A DNA stretch of 64,000 nucleotides. It comes from Lepidodermella squamata (Eukaryota > Animalia > Gastrotricha). Below the pieces are notes generated by a model. The model saw only the letters and a list, made by a program, of their open reading frames with translations. It was not told where the DNA came from and made no database searches. The stretch lies in the NCBI GenBank assembly GCA_047495785.1, contig JBLDXI010000033.1, positions 1,612,001 to 1,676,000 on the forward strand. The letters are read 5' to 3'. The position numbers and the translations under genes are program-made. The first letter of the stretch is position 1, and each line of letters starts with the position of its first letter. Of the stretch, positions 35,801 to 48,104 are shown piece by piece.

Positions 35801-38800
35801 CAGGCCGAATCCCTTCAAGTTACGAGCGACACGAATGCGAGTTGAAACGATGTACTTGTTGTCGGGGTCAGGGTTGGTGACCTTCAGGTGGCTGGGATCG
35901 AAGTCAGCCGGGTGCTTGTCGGTGGCCTTGTAGGGCTTGTGGTAGTCCTCGATGACAGCGTTGAGGAGAGGAGCGAAGACGTGGTAGCACTCTTCGTCGC
36001 CAGCGTACAGACCCACTCCGGAATCCTGGTTGCAAACACCAGAGTTGATGACATCCTTCAGGGTGACACCGCGGGCCGATTTCTTGTCCTTCAGCTGTTC
36101 GAAGACCTCCTTGGTCAAGTACTTGCGAAGCAGGGACTTGTTGTTGTCAGTCCACTTCGGGTATTCCAGTGGAACTGGGACCCTGAAAAATTAGAACACC
36201 GGATTATTAAACGCCTCCCATTTTTAGATCGGAATTACGTTTCATCAGTAGCATCGGTCATGATGTTTTTGAATATTGCTCAGTTTAACTTAACCGCTCT
36301 ATAAATACGCGGAATTTTTAAGGTTCCCTGAATCATAAATTTGACGACATTCATAACTTTCTCTGACGAGAAATGAATAGCCTAACTATACATTCAGGAC
36401 AACGAATACGGTTCGTTACATAGCTATCTATGTCATTCGCGAAAACAAATATAAGCCTAGCCTCATTCCAGATGAAAGAAAAAGCTGGATTGACAACGCA
36501 AGCGGAAACCGCCTGGGACAGTGCAAGACAAATAACCCGAAGCTTAGACTAGACGATCATAGAGCAACTCCTTAGTGCAATCTGATGCTTAACATGTTTT
36601 CAACTTTCACAAGACAACTGGGGCTACATTGATGCAACAAGCAATTTAAACCTCTCTTATTGAATTCAGAGCTGATAAAAGAAGCGGAAACGGAAAAATA
36701 ATTCGGAAAGCTTACTTGGCCATTTCCTGTTCCATTTCAATCAAGCGCTTGACACCTTCGTACATATCTTGGGCGCACTGCACCTCAGAAAGACCAAGGC
36801 GACGCTTGTTCGAAATATCGTAAACGCCACCCTCGGACTCGGAGTGCTCACCATGAATGCCGCGGCAATCAATGTGGTACTGTTCCAAGAGCTTCTTGAA
36901 CTCAGGGTGGCGAATAGCATTGGGGATGGCGATGTGAACTGAAGCACGCATGCCGGTACCCAAGTTGGTCGGGCAGGCCGAGAGATAGCCGAAGTTTTCA
37001 TTGAACTGGAAGCCCAATTTGTTGCTCAGCTCATTGACAGCACGAGCCAAGCGAGTGAAGACGGCCAGGATATCACCACCAGGTTGCATGGAGATGATGC
37101 GGAGCTGATCTTCCTCGTTGACCCACACAAGGAAGGTCTTGTCGTCATTGTGGTAGATGCCACGACCCTCAGGCCATTCGCGGTTGATACCGGCGGCCTC
37201 GAGGAAACGATCGCCCTTCTTGAAGAGGAAATGATCATCGACCAACTGTTGGCGGGTCTTTTCGTCCATGCCAGACAAGGGGTAGTAGTGACCCTTCAGG
37301 TCACCGCCGAGAGTAGTCAAAACTCCGACGACCTTCTTCTCGATATCAATGCGCTCTTGTTTCGTCAGGGTCGGGGTCAGACCGAATCCCTTCAAGTTGC
37401 GGGCAACACGAATACGAGTGGAGACAATGAATTTGTTGTCTGGATCCGGGTTAGTGACCTTCAGGTGGCTGGGGTCGAAGTCAGCTGGGTGCTTGTCAGT
37501 AGCTTTGTACGGCTTGTGGTAGTCCTCGATAACGGCATTCAGCAGAGGAGCAAACACCTTGTAGCACTCCTCATCGCCAGCGTACAAGCCGACACCTGAA
37601 TCCTGGTTGCAAACACCAGAGTTGATGATCTCTTTCAGACCAACGCCACGAGACGACTTCTTGTCCTTCAGCTGGTCGAAAATCTCTTTCGTGAGATACT
37701 TGCGGAGAAGAGATTTGTTGTTATCAGTCCATTTCGGGTATTCGAAAGGCGCTTTCCTGTCGTATAAATAACAAAAATTAGTTAGAATAGATGGGTAATT
37801 CTTTTCTATTTCCCTCTCGATTATCTAGAGGCTTTAGAGGTTGCTTTATTGCAAGTTATTGAACATCCGCGTCTAAGAAAATGATGCTATTTGGTTTAGC
37901 GATGCTCAGCAATTTTTTGAAACGATTAACCGAGTCAAGTATTCGAATTAATTGCGATTATAAGCTCCCGAAATCGACTCGATTAATCGAATTGAATCCT
38001 CCCTGATTAGGAAACCAAAACTGAGACTCGATTAGAAAATCACGAATTTTGATAAGAACGAACGATTTTAAATGTCAAAGTTTCGGAAGATTACACATCC
38101 CCAGATCATTAGAAATTAAAAAGAAGGGGTGTGTGACATTTTCAGAGTACAACCGTCAGCGAGACAATAGGTGAAAAATAATGCCAGGGAACCGGCGTAA
38201 AAAAAAGAATATAAGTTGGAAACTAACGCGGCCATCTCCTTTTCCATCTCGATCAAACGCTTGACACCCTCGTACATGTCCTGGGCGCATTGAACTTCGG
38301 AGAGGCCGAGGCGACGTTTGTTCGAAATGTCGTAGACACCTCCCTCGGACTCGGAGTGCTCACCATGAATGCCACGGCAGTCGATGTGGTACTGCTCCAA
38401 CAGCTTCTTGAACTCAGGGTGATTGATGGCATGGGGGATAGCAATGTGCACCGAGGCGCGCATGCCAGTGCCCAAGTTGGTGGGGCAAGCCGACATGTAA
38501 CCGAAGTTCTCGTTGAACTGGAAGCCAAGCTTCGAGCTCAGTTCGTTCACGGCACGAGCCAAGCGAGTGAATACGGCCAGGATATCGCCACCTGGTTGCA
38601 TGGAGATGATGCGGAGCTGGTCCTCTTCGTTGACCCAGACCAAGAAGGTCTTGTCGTCGTTGTGGAAGATACCACGACCCTCAGGCCATTCGCGATTGAT
38701 ACCAGCGGCCTCGAGGAAGCGATCACCCTTCTTGAAGAGGAAATGGTCATCGACCAGCTGTTTGCGGGTCTTCTCATCCATTCCGGAGAGAGGGTAGTAG

Positions 38801-41800
38801 TGGCCCTTTAGATCACCGCCGAGGGTGGTGAGGACACCAACGACCTTCTTCTCGATGTCGATGCGCTCCTGCTTCGTCAAGGTTGGCGTCAGACCATAGC
38901 CCTTCAAATTACGCGCGACACGAATGCGGGTGGAAACGATGAATTTATTGTCTGGATCCGGGTTGGTCACCTTCAAATGGCTCGGGTCGAAGTCAGCCGG
39001 GTGCTTATCAGTGGCTTTGTACGGCTTGTGGTAGTCTTCGATAACGGCGTTGAGGAGAGGCGCGAAAACCTTGTAGCATTCCTCATCACCAGCGTAGAGA
39101 CCAACTCCGGAATCCTGGTTGCAAACACCCGAGTTGATGACCTCCTTCAAACCAACTCCACGAGACGATTTCTTGTCCTTCAGCTGGTCGAAAATTTCCT
39201 TGGTCAAGTATTTGCGAAGGAGAGACTTGTTGTTGTCGGTCCACTTCGGGTATTCAAAAGGCGCTTTCCTGTCATAAAAAATAAAATAATAACAAACAGT
39301 CATTATGAAATTCTTTTATCGTCGTCCCAGTCATCACTCTCGTTTTCTATTATCATCTTTTTCGTTGTCTTAATTCAGCTGCTTTGAGCTGACAGATTCG
39401 CTCAAATGCGATGGAACAGTACAAATACGAGACCACGATCGAAAACCATCAAGACTTAACACTTAATCCCCGGGAAAATGAGGATACTTGAGATAGAATA
39501 TGTCTTCAAATTTCAATGGTTTGCACAAAGTCCTACTTTTACGCCAAAGTTCACAAAATATCGTATAACAGAAAAAACGTTCATCTTACCCGTGAATTTC
39601 TTCTCGTAAAACTAAAGTTGAGACTAAGACTGAGAAATAGGTGGGAAATAGCATCTTATCTTTGATTGCGTCCCCTAGCGAAAAATACAGGAAAAATGTA
39701 AGAGACTCACGCGGCCATTTCCTGTTCCATCTCGATCAGGCGCTTCACGCCCTCGTACATGTCCTGGGCACACTGGACCTCGGACAGACCAAGGCGACGC
39801 TTGTTGGAGATGTCGTAGACACCACCTTCGGACTCGGAGTGCTCACCATGGATTCCGCGGCAGTCGATGTGGTACTGCTCCAAGAGCTTCTTGAACTCAG
39901 GGTGATTGATGGCGTGGGGGATAGCGATATGGACCGATGCGCGCATACCAGTACCCAGGTTAGTCGGGCAGGCTGACAAGTAGCCGAAGTTCTCGTTGAA
40001 CTGGAAGCCGAGCTTCGAGCTCAGTTCATTGACGGCGCGAGCGAGACGGGTGAAGACAGCCAAGATATCACCACCAGGTTGCATGGAGATAATGCGAAGT
40101 TGATCCTCTTCGTTGACCCAGACCAAGAAGGTCTTGTCGTTATTGTGGTAGATACCACGACCCTCGGGCCATTCACGGTTAATGCCGGCAGCCTCGAGGA
40201 AGCGATCGCCCTTCTTGAACAGGAAGTGATCATCGACCAGCTGTTGACGGGTCTTTTCATCCATGCCCGACAACGGGTAGTAGTGACCCTTCAGATCACC
40301 GCCGAGTGTAGTCAAAACTCCGACGACCTTCTTCTCGATATCAATACGCTCCTGTTTCGTCAAGGTTGGCGTCAATCCGTAACCCTTCAAGTTGCGGGCG
40401 ACACGAATACGGGTCGAAACGATGAATTTGTTGTCGGGGTCAGGGTTAGTGACCTTGAGATGGCTAGGATCGAAGTCAGCCGGGTGCTTATCAGTGGCCT
40501 TATACGGCTTGTGGTAATCTTCGATAACGGCGTTGAGAAGAGGCGCGAACACCTTGTAGCACTCCTCATCACCAGCGTAGAGACCAACGCCGGAATCCTG
40601 GTTGCAAACACCCGAGTTGATGACCTCCTTCAATCCAACTCCACGAGACGATTTCTTGTCCTTCAGCTGATCGAAGACTTCCTTGGTCAGGTACTTGCGA
40701 AGAAGGGACTTGTTGTTATCAGTCCATTTCGGGTATTCGAAGGGCGCTTTCCTGAAGAAACAAAAGGATGTTAATTGAAACCTAGTGTCACGTCATCTTT
40801 CAACTATTTTCGACACGTTTGGAAGGCACGCAAAGAAACGGTATCATAATGACCCGTTGTATGTTGCGCACAGCCCCATTCTCGATTAACAAGAATTGAA
40901 GTTTTTATGGTTTGATCAGTATTGATCACTAGCATCTTTCATCTTATCCTTATTTCAAATTATATTTTCAGGTTATTATAATATCCATGCTTGGTATTTC
41001 GGTTCAAATAAAGCGCGTTACCGAGCTAATTTATAAAAATGCATTAGTTTTTGACACTTGGAATTTGACTGCAGAACAACATTCTCGAATCAATTTTAAA
41101 ATTTTAAAATGCCAAGCCGCTCAGTTAAAAGAAGGTGATGATCCTCGAATCAAATCATGATTAAAAGTGCTGATCAAATAGGAATCTATTGCAAGTCATT
41201 TTATACAAACAATTGTTTTAAACAAAATTGAAATTTCGAAGGCATGAATATAGCTGATTTTAAAATAATTTAAAACATTCAAAAGGGCAATTTTTGTCAA
41301 TTTTTGGTAATTATTGCCTTGTGATCAAAAGGGTTCTTTGATTACTTTGATCAAAAACATTAACTCGAGACATGGAAAAAGAAAAGCGGACTTACGCGGC
41401 CATTTCCTGTTCCATCGCAATCAGGCGCTTCACGCCCTCGTACATGTCCTGGGCACATTGGACCTCAGAAAGGCCGAGGCGACGCTTGTTTGAAATATCG
41501 TAAACGCCACCTTCGGATTCCGAGTGTTCGCCGTGGATGCCGCGGCAATCAATGTGATACTGTTCCAAGACCTTCTTGAAGTCAGGATGGTTGATGGCAT
41601 GAGGGATAGCAATGTGCACCGAGGCGCGCATGCCGGTACCCAAGTTGGTGGGGCAAGCCGAGAGATAACCGAAATTGGGGTTGAATTGGAAACCCAGCTT
41701 CGAGCTCAGTTCGTTAACAGCGCGAGCGAGACGGGTGAAAACAGCCAAGATATCACCACCTGGTTGCATGGAGATGATGCGCAGTTGATCTTCCTCATTG

Positions 41801-42576
41801 ACCCAGACAAGGAAGGTCTTGTCATTGTTGTGGAAAATACCACGACCCTCAGGCCATTCGCGGTTGATTCCGGCAGCTTCCAAGAAGCGATCGCCCTTCT
41901 TGAAAAGGAAATGATCATCAACGAGTTGTTGACGGGTCTTTTCGTCCATTCCAGATAGAGGGTAGTAGTGACCTTTGAGGTCGCCACCAAGCGAGGTGAG
42001 AACGCCAACGACTTTCTGTTCAATTTCGATGCGCTCCTGCTTAGTCAGGGTTGGGGTCAGACCATAGCCCTTCAAGTTGCGAGCGACACGAATGCGGGTC
42101 GAAACGATGTACTTGTTATCAGGGTCGGGGTTAGTGACCTTCAGGTGGCTGGGGTCGAAATCAGCCGGGTGCTTATCAGTGGCTTTGTACGGCTTATGGT
42201 AGTCTTCGATCACAGGGTTGACAAGGGATGCGAACAGGGTGTAGCACTCCTCATCGCCGACGTAGAGACCAACTCCGGAATCTTGGTTGACTACGCCAGA
42301 GTTGATAACGTCCTTCAGGCTGACACCGCGGGCCGACTTCTTGTCCTTCAGCTGTTCGAAGACTTCCTTGGTGAGGTGCTTGCGAAGCAGCGATTTGTTT
42401 TCAGGCGTCCATTCAGGGTACGACATTTTTGTAGTTAGATTTGCAGCAGCAGATCCGACACGGTCAAGTGCAGCGTCGAGTTGAGCTTTCAGTTGCCTGA
42501 AATAAATTTAAAATAATAAATTTTGAATAAAATCGTCGAGCAATTACAGCAGTTAACCGATTATTTACCTGTACAT
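28807..42576 (-). CDS. Predicted eight-domain arginine (phosphagen) kinase gene: micro-exon 42569-42576 plus kinase exons 41396-42496, 39711-40751, 38228-39268, 36716-37756, 35139-36182, 33158-34201, 30842-31885, 28807-29857 (~2,804 aa)
   Basis: All internal exons are multiples of 3 (1101, 1041 x3, 1044 x3 nt), start after AG, and end at phase-2 donors (GTAAGT, GTGAGT, GTTAGT, GTAAGC). Only the last unit has a non-donor stop (MAKK*). Confidence 0.75.
30842..31885 (-). CDS. Arginine kinase domain 7 (also has its own in-frame ATG at 31923)
   Basis: Same phosphagen-kinase motifs; donor AA|GTGAGT; acceptor GATTCCAG is weak. Confidence 0.93.
33158..34201 (-). CDS. Arginine kinase domain 6
   Basis: Same motifs; acceptor TTTCCTTTCTAG, donor AA|GTAAGT. 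Confidence 0.95.
35139..36182 (-). CDS. Arginine kinase domain 5 (candidate private first exon 36239-36261, MTDATDET)
   Basis: Same motifs; acceptor TTTTTCAG, donor AA|GTGAGT. Confidence 0.95.
36716..37756 (-). CDS. Arginine kinase domain 4
   Basis: Same motifs; no ATG near the start; acceptor ACGACAG, donor AA|GTAAGC. Confidence 0.95.
38228..39268 (-). CDS. Arginine kinase domain 3
   Basis: Same motifs; acceptor TTTTATGACAG, donor GC|GTTAGT (no in-frame stop at the domain end). Confidence 0.95.
39711..40751 (-). CDS. Arginine kinase domain 2
   Basis: Same motifs; acceptor TTTCTTCAG, donor GC|GTGAGT. Confidence 0.95.
41396..42496 (-). CDS. Arginine kinase domain 1 with N-terminal helical leader (QLKAQLDAALDRVGSAAANLTTK)
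   Basis: Same motifs; acceptor TATTTCAG, donor GC|GTAAGT. Confidence 0.95.
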
Positions 42577-43288
42577 GATTAGGCTGAATTTAGTTAAATA
42601 ACCTCAGATAATTTGGTGATATTGCAATTTTGATATAGCAGAAAAACCACAACAAGGTAATAGTTCGTCTAAATAATGTAAACAGCGTCAGAGATACGGT
42701 TGAGAAAAATTGGTCTTTCAATCTCGAAAAAATTGTTGAAAATGAAATGAAGAAAAAAACAGTGACGGGCGAAAAAATGAGCAGCGTGACGCTATGAAAA
42801 AATTTTCATTATGCGAGCGCCAAAAAATACGATTTATCGCGCGTGCGTCAAAAGCGCTATTTTTTGCGCACAAAAAAGCGTGGCCATTTGCATCGGCCTT
42901 TGATCGGCTCACATGGCGACCTTTTCAGTAGATTTTTTCTAAGAAATCACGATGCTTTTGAATTAAATTTTACAGTAACACAAAGTTTTTAAATAAAGCG
43001 GGTATACACACAAATTATCTTGAATTTAAAAACGCTGTCAACGGATGCTAAGCCAAGGCTTAACGATGAACTTATTGTGATGAATGGCATAAAATTTGAA
43101 TACGGCGCAGATTCGGGGCGCGTAAGGGTCAGCGCGTCGGTGACGCAAAATCATTCCCTCAATCAATGGGATTTAGAATAGACAATAAAGATGGAAACAT
43201 TTTCACAGGAAAATCTAAGTGAAGAGGAGGAAAATAATGCGAGGAAAGCGGCGTGCTAATTTCTACCACCCTCGAGAATGCAACGTAC

Positions 43289-43428
43289 CTGTCTTTTGAT
43301 TTTTCGTGGCGATGATGATGGTGATGGTGATGGTGGCGATTTTCACCCGGCGATGGTGACGATTCTTTACCGGTTGCCGGCAAGACGCGCTTAGCCGCGC
43401 TACCTATAGCTACGGTTGCCGTTAACAT
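43289..43428 (-). CDS. Candidate alternative first exon of the kinase gene, poly-His
   Basis: MLTATVAIGSAAKRVLPATGKESSPSPGENRHHHHHHHHRHEKSKD ends at a phase-2 donor AG|GTACGT, compatible with the 42496 acceptor. Confidence 0.55.
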
Positions 43429-46400
43429 GGTGTGAGATCTTTACAGTTATACACGAGGTCTATTTCAAAATCGGAGTTAATGATAGATAGACCACAAAAA
43501 TTACGCTATTCAAGATGTAACAATCAAAAATACATTAAAGGAGTTATCAGGTTTCTTTAGGCCGGTGTAGGAGGGGAAAAATAATGCGGTAAAGAATATG
43601 GGAATCCGGTTACAAAAAGTATAGGTACAATGGGGTGATTACAATCTAAATATTAGCGACCGATAGTGATATCGAGCTGTAATATACGATTCTCATTTTT
43701 GCAATAGAGTGGCTGCCTGCGCTATTCAGCTCAGAACTAGCAGACTGCTTGCCGTGTTAGCGAGCGTGTAATAATAATGATTGTGCATAGGGCGGATGGC
43801 CACAGGGCGCTCCTTGCTTTATTACTATGCGCATAGCCAGGTATTATGGGTAGGTAAGTATAATATAAATACCGCACCGTTTGGTAGCAGCAGCTAAAAG
43901 AGGCTGCGTTTTTCGTGTGTATCATTAATGCGCCACATACAGCAGAAACCGCGTGAGAAAAAATTGGTTATGGAGGGGAGTTGCGGTTTTTTTCACCTCT
44001 CCAACCGTCGAAACGACGCGAACAGGTTAGCCCGTTTGATGAGGTCAAAACGGGCGCTGCTATTCAGAAGCCGCCTTTGATCTTTTAAATATATGACGCG
44101 CTGCAAATAAGGCGTCACTCGTCACGTTTTGAATGGATGCGAAACGAGAAGAAGCGATTATTTCGTCAGTCTGATGAGGAGTCTTGTGTAATTTATTACG
44201 CCGATAAAGAAATAATGCGAGAGAGGGAGAGGACGCGAGAAAAAAAGAAAATCACCCGCGACAAGCGCATTGACCAACTATATCGTGTGGCAAATTTTTT
44301 TCCCTTCTAGAAATTTTTTGTATAAAAAATATGCGCCCGACGCGCTATTCACAATGAGAGGCGAAGCGAGGGCGCGGCGGATAGAAAAAAAACGAGTGCA
44401 AAAATCGATAATATAGCCGCCGCATCACATTATCCGAAAAATGCCCGATAATTTTTATTGAACGAAAATTCAATGAAAATACAAAGGGCAGCATCACTGG
44501 TAAAATAATACAAAAAAGTCCTTGTAGTAGTTATTCGGCGATAGATAGTTTTTCTTCTGAGGAAAAACTGGGTTGTTAAACAAGTATCGGTCAGCCGTTT
44601 GACTCCGAGCGACGAAAATTGAGACTAATTATGCGCTCTCTAGCACCCTATTTAACACGCTTTAAGCTTGTGCTCAACTTTTGCGCTAAATTTTCGATCG
44701 ATATCGCCCGTAAGGCAGTTTTTCTTGCAGAAAAATAACAATGCGAAGAAAAAACATTCTAAGAGTATGAACTCATAAAATTTTCAGCACCATCGCAACT
44801 AAAAAAATTGGATGCACCGGCCATAGGCGAATGAAATAAACCTTGCAAAAGTACCTAATAATTCAAAGAGTGCACTAGAATCGGAAATCATGGACGATTC
44901 TTAAGTTGCCTCTGTTTTTTGTGTGATATTTTAAGCGACACTCAAGGGCAACAATTTCCTCTGAAATAGCCCATAAAATGAAATACAATAATAATTTGAC
45001 TCACCTATTCGATTTGTTGACTTCTGGCCAAATTAAAACTCGCTTTTTTTCCTCGGTTAAAAAATGAGAAAATTCGCTTTCTATTTAATTTGTCTAAAAT
45101 AATGAATAGGAATTATTAGTCGGACCAATTCTTAACTGATACGAATCATCGGCGAACGAGAAACGTTCGGACTTCGACCCATCATGCTTCGCATAAAAAT
45201 ATGAGAATAAGAGAGAAGGGAGCGGTGATCGAAAATAAATTTCACTATGACCTAGCATTATTACGTAATACTATGAAAAATTGTACGTCTAAGGTTCATA
45301 ACGAGCACTGCTACCGACAACATTTCACGGCCATAGCTTTGCACAGTAGTAAAAAAGTTTCGATGGCCCTATGATCCTGTGATCGAAGCTCTAGGAATTC
45401 TTAGCATGAAAGTTGCGACCTAGGAACAGGATTTGGCTTGCCTTCGAAATCATTCTCAATTTCCGAAGTATCATACTCGGGTAGAGATAAAAGTAAATGA
45501 GCCTCAGATCTGAGACCTGCGCAGAAATCGACGCCAATATGCCTAGCTTTTATAGAGTGCATCAGGCCAGGGTGCATAAAACAAGGTTCATATGTCACTA
45601 AAACGATGGTTATTCGCATAGATGGTGCCTTTTTTGCTTCACGCATGATCAAAGGCTTTGCATATTCCAGCTCTGTGGGTCTACCTTTCGTGAAAAAATA
45701 TGGGTTCTAGCCAAGAGACGTCTAACAGAATGCTCAGCAAAAAATGAACATCCCAACGATGTTGTAGTGCACAAATTGAAGGATGGCTAAAACCGAAAAA
45801 GTGCGCGTATCCACCTTAATAAATAATGCGTGTTATTTTTTCTTCGCATCTGTGTGGTTTGATATAAATAGCATGTTTTGCGACATGAGCGAGCCAACGA
45901 GAGGCGCAGCAGCTGAACGCTGCTATATCATCGACGTGAGCCATACCGTTTGTGCGGTTCCCTGAACGCTGAACAGGATGGCTGGAAACGGCTGAGAGAG
46001 CATATTCTTTACAGAAAAATACAGCCGCGCTATCTATTTTCCCGGTTTCATGCATACTTGCACATGTGAGGGGAACGCCATCAAGAAAAGGCAAGGGCTC
46101 TCGTCTCTGACGTATAACAGTTTAGGCATGTTATCATTGTTATGTGGTATACAAAAGAATATGCCCAAAAATGGCCCACCGCATCTCGGCGGCGGTGTGC
46201 GCTAGGCGGTGTGTGCCTCAGCTGCGGTGGGTTTATTATTGCTATAGCGGTTCCTGCATCGGAACTGAGTAGTATATACGCTAACGCGTAATGGGCTTGA
46301 TGTTTCGTGTAAAGGCGCACACCCATGTAATATTATAGCGCAAAAAACGCGCGAGAAAAAACTATCTTGATCCCGCAATAACCCCCTACCACCGTTGGAA

Positions 46401-48104
46401 GTACGTAGGCGATGCAAGTAATTGCGTTTATGTTGGAATATTGGCTACAGAATCTGAGCATTGAGTATATAAAAGTAAAGTTTCCCAAGCTGAGCGGGTA
46501 AAATCGATGGAAAAATCGACTCAAGCGCAGATTATTGAAGATGATTGGATCTCAAGAATCGAAGTTGATCGGAGTCTTCTAGATTTCGCATTGCTGATGT
46601 TTTTTTTGAAATTGTCCCTAAGCTATCAGGTTAATGAAAATTAGACACAAACAATCTCGGTGCAATTTTTTTGCGTAGATGACACCTGATCATCGAATTT
46701 AAGAGAGCCTTGAGCTATACGACACAATCGATAAGCGCGTGTGTTGATGAAGATGGCGAGAACTCGGAATACAAGAAAACTGTTGATAATAATGCTAATG
46801 AAGGGAGAGTAATAATCACTACAGTAAAATCCTTCCTCTGTGCTCGTGCTGTGTTTTTTTCACTTTTTCTGCAGTATATTATCACTGCGATGAAGTGATC
46901 CGACGCAGCAGCTGCGCCTCCATCTCTCCCTCATCGCGGATTTTTTTTCGCTGAGATCTACCTGCGTGTATGTCTCATTCGCAATCGCGCTTGCATTACG
47001 TTTTTTTCTCGGCTACTTCCGCGGAGTTTTTATGCACTCTGCGCATTTTTAACGATAATAGGGCGGAACATATGTAGTAATATTGCGAATAGAGTTATAT
47101 AAGATGCTTATTATTTCTGCATTAATGTAAATTAAACACGCCGTTGCCTGCCGAAAAATTTACTCATTTGTCTGGCCATTGGGGTATAGCGCAGAAATTA
47201 CGTGCCAATAACAGAATCGATGTAGCCGGCTTCGTGAGATCGCAAAAAAACTTGGCTACCAAATATTCGCGAGCTGGCAGTAGAATAATAAAAAAATAAT
47301 TAGGTAAAGGACCGTTTTCGATTCAGGTTAATGCGAATGAGTAGGAAATATGCCGTCGAGAATTTATTTTATTTCTCTCATGCTTGATTGAAAGTGTAAA
47401 TTGCTATTTCTTTGATTAAAAGGACGAAATAAAAACAGCTAAACAATCACAAGTTCCCACATCAAGTGCAACCGTATGCGAGAAGGTCATATATTTCTAT
47501 CGGATTTTCCGGGCTGGGCGAGGTCTGATTCCAAGCCACACCGCTTTATCGAACAGGCCGTAATTTCTTCACAGACCCAGAAAAATCATTATGAGCTATT
47601 TTAGATTCGTGTTGGCTGTCAAATAGAGCAATATGACCTAATACACTTTTTATTTTTTTTCTCATCTATCAAATGCAGGCTGACCAATCGGGACATTGTT
47701 GGAAAAAACCGGCGATGGCATTTTTCAATCCGACATTGAACTAAAAGTGGCACGATCCCTCAATAATAAATGGTGGCTTTTTTCGACTGAATATCGCCTG
47801 AAATATTCAGACGATATAAATTGTTCTCCATCTGCTGCTATTTCAATTAACAGTTACTTCAACTTCATCGCAGCAGTGCATGGACGCTAAAGACCTCGGA
47901 AAAGTTATTAAAAAGCCGCAGGGTCACTACCCTTTTAATCAAGTGTACCATTCGAGCAATTATTCGATAGCCTTGTATATATGCCTATCAGCTGTTCCAA
48001 TGTCTGCTCGACAGTAAAAGGCAATTTGTAGCAAAAACTATATTGATAAACACTTCCTAGCTTGGAAACCTTCTTCTATTTTTTCAATTTAAGCAGGCTT
48101 GATT

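Noticed and set aside
28807-42426. Reading the array as eight independent single-domain genes or as a mis-assembly
   Set aside because: Stops coincide with consensus donors, several copies lack a start, domain 3 lacks a stop at the domain end, and synonymous sites and introns differ. Disfavoured, but not fully excluded without RNA data.
28669-42438. Long plus-strand ORFs antisense to the kinase exons (e.g. 28669-29922, 30904-31929, 33220-34296)
   Set aside because: In-register antisense shadows caused by codon bias of the kinase; they break at different places in different copies.
43500-48050. Scattered 60-90-aa ORFs in the long spacer between the divergent kinases
   Set aside because: No signal peptide/Cys pattern, transposase or RNA-gene signature recognised.
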